Shown piece by piece: positions 59,386 to 64,000 of a DNA stretch of 64,000 nucleotides (positions within the stretch are counted from its first letter, which is position 1; the number at the start of each line of letters is the position of its first letter). The notes below the pieces were generated by a model. That model ran no database searches. It was not told the origin of the DNA and saw only the letters and a list, made by a program, of their open reading frames with translations. The stretch lies in the NCBI GenBank assembly GCA_047602405.1, contig JASGHJ010000002.1:2976001-3040000 (forward strand). Direction: 5' to 3'. This stretch comes from Anaeromyxobacteraceae bacterium. Lineage in GTDB: Bacteria > Myxococcota > Myxococcia > Myxococcales > Anaeromyxobacteraceae. A program made the position numbers and the translations under genes.

Positions 59386-59950
59386 TGATCGGGGAGACGA
59401 ACCGGTAGTCGATGTCCCAGGGGAAGTAGATCCACTTCTCCTGCTTGAACTCCTTCACGAACGTGTCAACGATCGGGCGGCCCAGCGGCTTCGCGTAGAG
59501 CGTGGCGAAGTGGGCCTTCGGGAGCTTCTTGCGGACCGCGGCCGCGGTCTTGCCCGTGTCGACGAGGTCGTCGATGAGGAGCCAGCCCTCGCCGTCGCCC
59601 TCCACGCCCTTCAGCCAGCGCAGCTCGCCCTGCTGCTGCTCGGCCTGGCCGCCCTCGCCGGCGCCGTAGGAGACGATGCAGACCGTGTCGATGAGCCGGA
59701 TCTCGAGCTCGCGGGCGACGAGCGCCGCCGGGACGAGGCCGCCGCGGGTGATCGCGATGATGCCCTTCCACTCGCCGAGGCCGTGCAGCACGCGGGAGAG
59801 GTAGCGCGCGTCCCGGTGAAGCTCGGGCCACGAGATGACGATCTCGTCCTTGTACGGGGAGCCCGAAACGCCCTCACCCGCCTCGCCAGCAGCCGCCTCG
59901 TCGTGTCCCGAGGAGCCGCCGGCGGTCGGGTCGTTCGACCGTTGCGCCAT
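59369..59950 (-). CDS. gpt: Xanthine-guanine phosphoribosyltransferase
   Basis: AITRGGLVPA, IDTVCI.SY, IDDLVDTGKT, WIYFPWD. Confidence 0.93.
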   Translation of the reverse strand: MAQRSNDPTAGGSSGHDEAAAGEAGEGVSGSPYKDEIVISWPELHRDARYLSRVLHGLGEWKGIIAITRGGLVPAALVARELEIRLIDTVCIVSYGAGEGGQAEQQQGELRWLKGVEGDGEGWLLIDDLVDTGKTAAAVRKKLPKAHFATLYAKPLGRPIVDTFVKEFKQEKWIYFPWDIDYRFVSPIKHGTK

Positions 59951-60219
59951 GGACCCTTCTAGGCACTCCGTCTGACACGGACACCCGTCCCGGCCTGCGG
60001 CCTTTCGTCACGCTCCCCCGGTCCGCGAAGACGGAGTTTTCCGCCCCGAGGTGTACGTGCGCGTGGGAGCCGGGCCTGCCCCGGACCCTATGTAAGTATC
60101 TGGAACGAAAGGGCTTTCAACCCGATGGCGGGTTGCGAGGGCCTGCCCCCCTGCACCATGGTGCGGTGTCAGGAGCGCCGGGGGCATCCACTTCGCCCGG
60201 CCCCGAAGGTCCCGAACCC

Positions 60220-62295
60220 ATGAACGCCCGCCTTGCCGCCTCGCCCGCCCTCCTGCTCGCCGTCGTGACGGCCTGCGGCATGCGCCCGGGGACGCCCTCC
60301 CCCCTCGCCGATCCGGCCCCGATCACGACGAGCGCCTCGGTCCCGGCGAGCGCGAGCGCCGCGAACACGGCGGTCACCTGGTCCGTGACCGGCGGCGGCA
60401 CCGTCGACGCGACCGGCAAGTACACCGCCCCGGCCTCCGCGGGCGTCTTCACGGTCGTCGCGAAGAGCGTGCAGGACACGACGAAGACCGGCCAGGCCCA
60501 GGTGAACGTCGTGACCGGCGGCGGCGGGGGCAGCTTCGACCTCGGCGCCGAGCGCGGCACCACCTGGAAGCCCGGCGTGACGCTCAACGGGGGCATCCCG
60601 GTCCGGAACACGGTCTGCGCGACCGTGAACGCCTCGACCTACGGCAACGGCACCCAGGAGGCCTCGAACGGCATCGAGGCCGCGATCGCCGCCTGCCCCG
60701 CCGGCCAGGTCGTGCAGCTCTCCGCGGGCACGTTCCTCGTCAACAACTACATCCTCGTGAACAAGGGCATCACGCTGCGCGGCGCGGGCGCGGGCCAGAC
60801 CATCCTCCAGAAGACGAACGGCGCGAAGGCCTGGCAGGACGCCGCGGCCGACTACCAGCCGATCATCGTCGTCGGCTCGCAGCGCTGGGGCGGCCCCGAC
60901 GACGCGACCTCCACGAACCTCACCGCCGACGCGGTGAAGGGCGCCTTCACCGTCACGGTCGCCTCCGCCTCCGGCCTCGCGGCGGGCCAGTACGTGCTCC
61001 TCGACGAGCTCTCCGGCGCGCAGTGGATGACCGACCCGCTCGGCCGCGGGAAGATCTGGGCCTCGCCCGACTGGCGCGTGACCTGGGGGCTGCACAACCC
61101 GTCGCAGCAGACCGACGACCCGCTCACCGCCACCACCCCCACCGGCGGCGACGCGGCCTCGTGGTTCTGCCGGCGCGACCGCCCCACCAACGAGATCAAG
61201 GAGATCGCGAGCGTCAGCGGCAACACGATCACCTTCACGACGCCGATCCACATCTCCTACCGCACGAGCCACACCGCCCAGATCACCCGGTACACCGGCG
61301 CCGAGGCCCACGTGAAGAACGTCGGCATCGAGAAGCTCACCGTGACCGGCGGCTCCGACGGCGCGCTGCGCTTCGAGCGCGCGGCGATGTCCTGGGCGCG
61401 GAACGTCGAGGTCACGATGTGGCTCGGCGAGGGCGTCGCCATCAACCACTCGTTCCGGGTGGAGCTCCGCGACTCCTACATGCACGACGGCGCCTGGCCG
61501 TCGCCGGGCGGCGCGGGCTACGCCATCAGCTTCGCGAACGGCTCCTCCGAGATCCTCGTCGAGAACAACATCTCGATGCTCGCGAACAAGGTGATGGTGG
61601 CGCGCTGCTCCGGCGCGGGCTCGGTGTTCGGCTACAACTACGTCGACGCCGGCTTCATCGCGTACTCGGAGGGCTGGGTCGAGGTCGGCCTCAACGCCTC
61701 GCACATGGTCGGCCCGCACCACGTGCTGTTCGAGGGCAACATGGGATGGAACTTCGACAGCGACAAGACGCACGGCTCGTCGGTGCTCCACACCATCTTC
61801 CGGAACTGGCTCAAGGGCTCCCGCAAGTCCTTCGTCAACGGCTCGACCGGCCACACCATCGACGACTACGCGCAGGGCGGCAACGGCCCGCGCCGCGCCG
61901 CCGGCGCCGCCGCGTACTCGTACGGCATGAGCTTCGTCGGCAACGTGCTCGGCGAGCAGGGCAAGATGGCGGGCTGGGTCTACGAGGCGAACCACGCCGG
62001 CGGCATGGACGACAAGACGATCTGGCTGCTCGGCTGGGACGACTGGAGCCCGCAGCCGTACGACGCGACCGTCATCACGACCACGCTCCGCTCCGGCAAC
62101 TGGGACTGGCTCCAGGCGAAGCAGACCTGGCACGACGGCACGCCCGCCCCGCTGCCGGACTCGATGTACCTCGCCGCGAAGCCCACCTTCTTCGGCGCGA
62201 ACACCTGGCCGTGGGTCGACCCCACGACCGGCGTGACCTACACGCTGCCGGCGAAGGCCCGCTACGACGCGGGGACGCCGAACCTCGTGCCATAG
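60220..62295 (+). CDS. Lipoprotein with Ig-like domain and pectin-lyase-like / GH55-like beta-helix
   Basis: VVTAC; VTWSV..GTVDATGKYTAP; IAACPAGQVVQLSAGTF, GITLRGAGAGQT; HHVLFEGN. Confidence 0.82.
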   Translation: MNARLAASPALLLAVVTACGMRPGTPSPLADPAPITTSASVPASASAANTAVTWSVTGGGTVDATGKYTAPASAGVFTVVAKSVQDTTKTGQAQVNVVTGGGGGSFDLGAERGTTWKPGVTLNGGIPVRNTVCATVNASTYGNGTQEASNGIEAAIAACPAGQVVQLSAGTFLVNNYILVNKGITLRGAGAGQTILQKTNGAKAWQDAAADYQPIIVVGSQRWGGPDDATSTNLTADAVKGAFTVTVASASGLAAGQYVLLDELSGAQWMTDPLGRGKIWASPDWRVTWGLHNPSQQTDDPLTATTPTGGDAASWFCRRDRPTNEIKEIASVSGNTITFTTPIHISYRTSHTAQITRYTGAEAHVKNVGIEKLTVTGGSDGALRFERAAMSWARNVEVTMWLGEGVAINHSFRVELRDSYMHDGAWPSPGGAGYAISFANGSSEILVENNISMLANKVMVARCSGAGSVFGYNYVDAGFIAYSEGWVEVGLNASHMVGPHHVLFEGNMGWNFDSDKTHGSSVLHTIFRNWLKGSRKSFVNGSTGHTIDDYAQGGNGPRRAAGAAAYSYGMSFVGNVLGEQGKMAGWVYEANHAGGMDDKTIWLLGWDDWSPQPYDATVITTTLRSGNWDWLQAKQTWHDGTPAPLPDSMYLAAKPTFFGANTWPWVDPTTGVTYTLPAKARYDAGTPNLVP

Positions 62296-62357
62296 CGAAC
62301 GAGGTGCCAGCAGCCCGGCCGCCGCGCCCCGGCCCGCCCGGGCCGGGGCAGTGAAGC

Positions 62358-64000
62358 TCAGGGCACGTCGTTCGGCGTGCCCGCCTCGAGCCGCGCGCGC
62401 GCCGGGAGGACCCCGGTCCTCCCGGTCGCCGGATCCACCCAGGGCCACGGCGCGGCGCCGAAGAACGGCGGCTTCGCCGCGAGGTAGAGCGAGTCGGGGA
62501 GCGGCCCCGGCACGCCCTGCTCCCAGGACTGCCTCGCCTGGAGCCAGTCCCAGTTGCCCGCGCGCAGCGCGGTGGCCGCGACGCTCGGGTCCCACGGCTG
62601 CGGGGAGGCGTCGTCCCAGCCGAGGAGCCAGATGCTCGGCTTTCCCATCGCGTTCCGGCCGGCGCCCTCGTAGACCCAGCCGTCCATCTTCCCTTGCTCG
62701 CCGAGCACGTTCCCCACGTAGTTCATGCCGTAGGTGTAGGCGCCCGCCCCGGCGCAGCGCTTCGGGCCGTTCCGCTTCGAGGCCGCGTCGTCGACGACGT
62801 TGCGGGTCTGCGGGTTCGTGAACGGCCGGCGCACGCCGCGCAGCCAGTTGCGGAAGACCGTCATCCGGGTCGAGGAGCCGTGGGTCTTGTCGCTGTCGAA
62901 GTTGAAGCCGTCGTTCCCCTCGAAGAGGACGTGGTGCGGGCCGACCATGTGCGACGCGTTGAGGCCGACCTCGATCCAGCCCTCGCTGCCGAGGATGAAG
63001 CCGCCGTCGGCGTAGCTGTAGGCCACCACCGAGCCCGCGCCGGCGGAGCGCGCCACCATGACCTTGTTGGCGTTGACGAGGACGTCGTTCTCGACGAGCA
63101 CCTCGGCGGAGCCGTTCGAGAGGGAGAGTGCGTACCCGGCGCCGCCCGGCGACGACCAGGCGCCGTCGTGCACGTACGAGTCCCGCACCTCGACACGGAA
63201 CCCGTGCGTCACGGCGATGCCCTCGCCGAGCCAGCGGCTCACCTCGACGTTCCGCGCCCAGCACCGGGCCGCCGCCTCGAAGCGGAGCGCGCCGTCCGAG
63301 CCGCCGAGGAGCGTGAGCGCCTCGACGCCGGCGCCCCGCACGTGCGCAGAGTCCCCGGTGAAGCGGACGAGCTGGGCCTCGCGCTCGACGCGGTAGTCGG
63401 TGTGGAGCGGGGTCGTGAAGGTGACGGCGTCGCCCGCGACGCTCGCGACCTCCTTCACCTCGGCGATGGGCCGGTCGCGGCGCGAGAACCAGGCCGCGGC
63501 GGGCCCGCCCGTCGGCGTCCCCGGCTCGAGCGGATCGTCGGCGCTCCAGCGCGGGTCGTGGAGCTGCCAGGTCACGCGCCAGTCGGGCGCCGCCCAGACC
63601 TTGCCGCGGCCGAGCGGGTCGGGCATCCAGCGCGCGCCGGAGCGCTCGTCGAGGAGGACGACGTCCCCCGCCTTCACGCCCTGGAGGCCGGCGACGCGGA
63701 TCGCGGTCGCCCCCTTCGCGCCGTCCGCCTGGAGCGGCCGGGCCGTCGCCTCGTCCGGCTTCGGCCAGCGGCTCGGGCCCACCACGAGGAGCGGCTGGGC
63801 GTTCCGGGGCTGGTAGCTCAGCATGACCGCGCCGTCGGTCTTCTCGAGGAGGGTCTTGCCCGCCCCGGCGCCGCGCAGCGTGATGCCCTTGCCGATCCGG
63901 ACGAGGTGGTCGACCACGAACCGCCCGGCGCCGAGCTGCACGACCTGCCCCTCCGGGCAGCGGTCCACGGCGGCCTGGATCGCCGCGGACGCGTCCTCGC
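62358..64000 (-). CDS. Beta-helix protein, paralog of 60220-62295 (5' end beyond window)
   Basis: GITLRGAGAGKT, EGWIEVGLNASHMVGPHHVLFEGN, FDSDKTHGSS, LPDSLYLAAKP shared with the neighbouring gene. Confidence 0.85.
   Translation of the reverse strand, partial: EDASAAIQAAVDRCPEGQVVQLGAGRFVVDHLVRIGKGITLRGAGAGKTLLEKTDGAVMLSYQPRNAQPLLVVGPSRWPKPDEATARPLQADGAKGATAIRVAGLQGVKAGDVVLLDERSGARWMPDPLGRGKVWAAPDWRVTWQLHDPRWSADDPLEPGTPTGGPAAAWFSRRDRPIAEVKEVASVAGDAVTFTTPLHTDYRVEREAQLVRFTGDSAHVRGAGVEALTLLGGSDGALRFEAAARCWARNVEVSRWLGEGIAVTHGFRVEVRDSYVHDGAWSSPGGAGYALSLSNGSAEVLVENDVLVNANKVMVARSAGAGSVVAYSYADGGFILGSEGWIEVGLNASHMVGPHHVLFEGNDGFNFDSDKTHGSSTRMTVFRNWLRGVRRPFTNPQTRNVVDDAASKRNGPKRCAGAGAYTYGMNYVGNVLGEQGKMDGWVYEGAGRNAMGKPSIWLLGWDDASPQPWDPSVAATALRAGNWDWLQARQSWEQGVPGPLPDSLYLAAKPPFFGAAPWPWVDPATGRTGVLPARARLEAGTPNDVP

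Noticed and set aside
59951..60219. Purine or xanthine riboswitch upstream of gpt and the ABC operon
   Set aside because: I could not match the purine riboswitch or xanthine (NMT1) consensus by eye; an Rfam scan would be needed.

Overview
Very GC-rich bacterial DNA whose gene set (DUF3015-DUF4105, TraB-like OmpA, myxobacterial-type Ser/Thr kinase, ECF-DUF4384-caspase module) suggests an Anaeromyxobacter-like member of the Myxococcota; the taxon is inferred. The window is dense chromosomal backbone with about 58 CDS (argJ, thyX, sppA, rho, uvrA, cardiolipin synthase-type PLD, rseP, a moaD-moaE fusion, gpt with a purine nucleoside ABC transporter, two HD-GYP proteins, two convergent beta-helix paralogs) plus tRNA-Cys(GCA). 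No CRISPR array, integrase or transposase was seen. Highlights: (1) a hidden candidate selenoprotein (47248-47743, minus) ending VVEN-UGA-PVL-UAG, with a SECIS-like hairpin starting exactly 11 nt after the UGA. (2) An ECF sigma / zinc anti-sigma-DUF4384 / exported caspase-beta-barrel / lipoprotein operon. Its own upstream region and that of the divergent Ig-TolB lipoprotein gene share the bipartite motif GTTCCCA-N16-CGGTC. (3) Three +1 frameshifts all sit in GATC sites read as GAATC/GATTC, suggesting methylation-linked basecalling errors rather than pseudogenes. (4) A REP-like repeat family with compensatory hairpin changes, and a 16-bp tandem repeat copying a stop/start junction. Product calls come from recognising motifs by eye, not from database searches.
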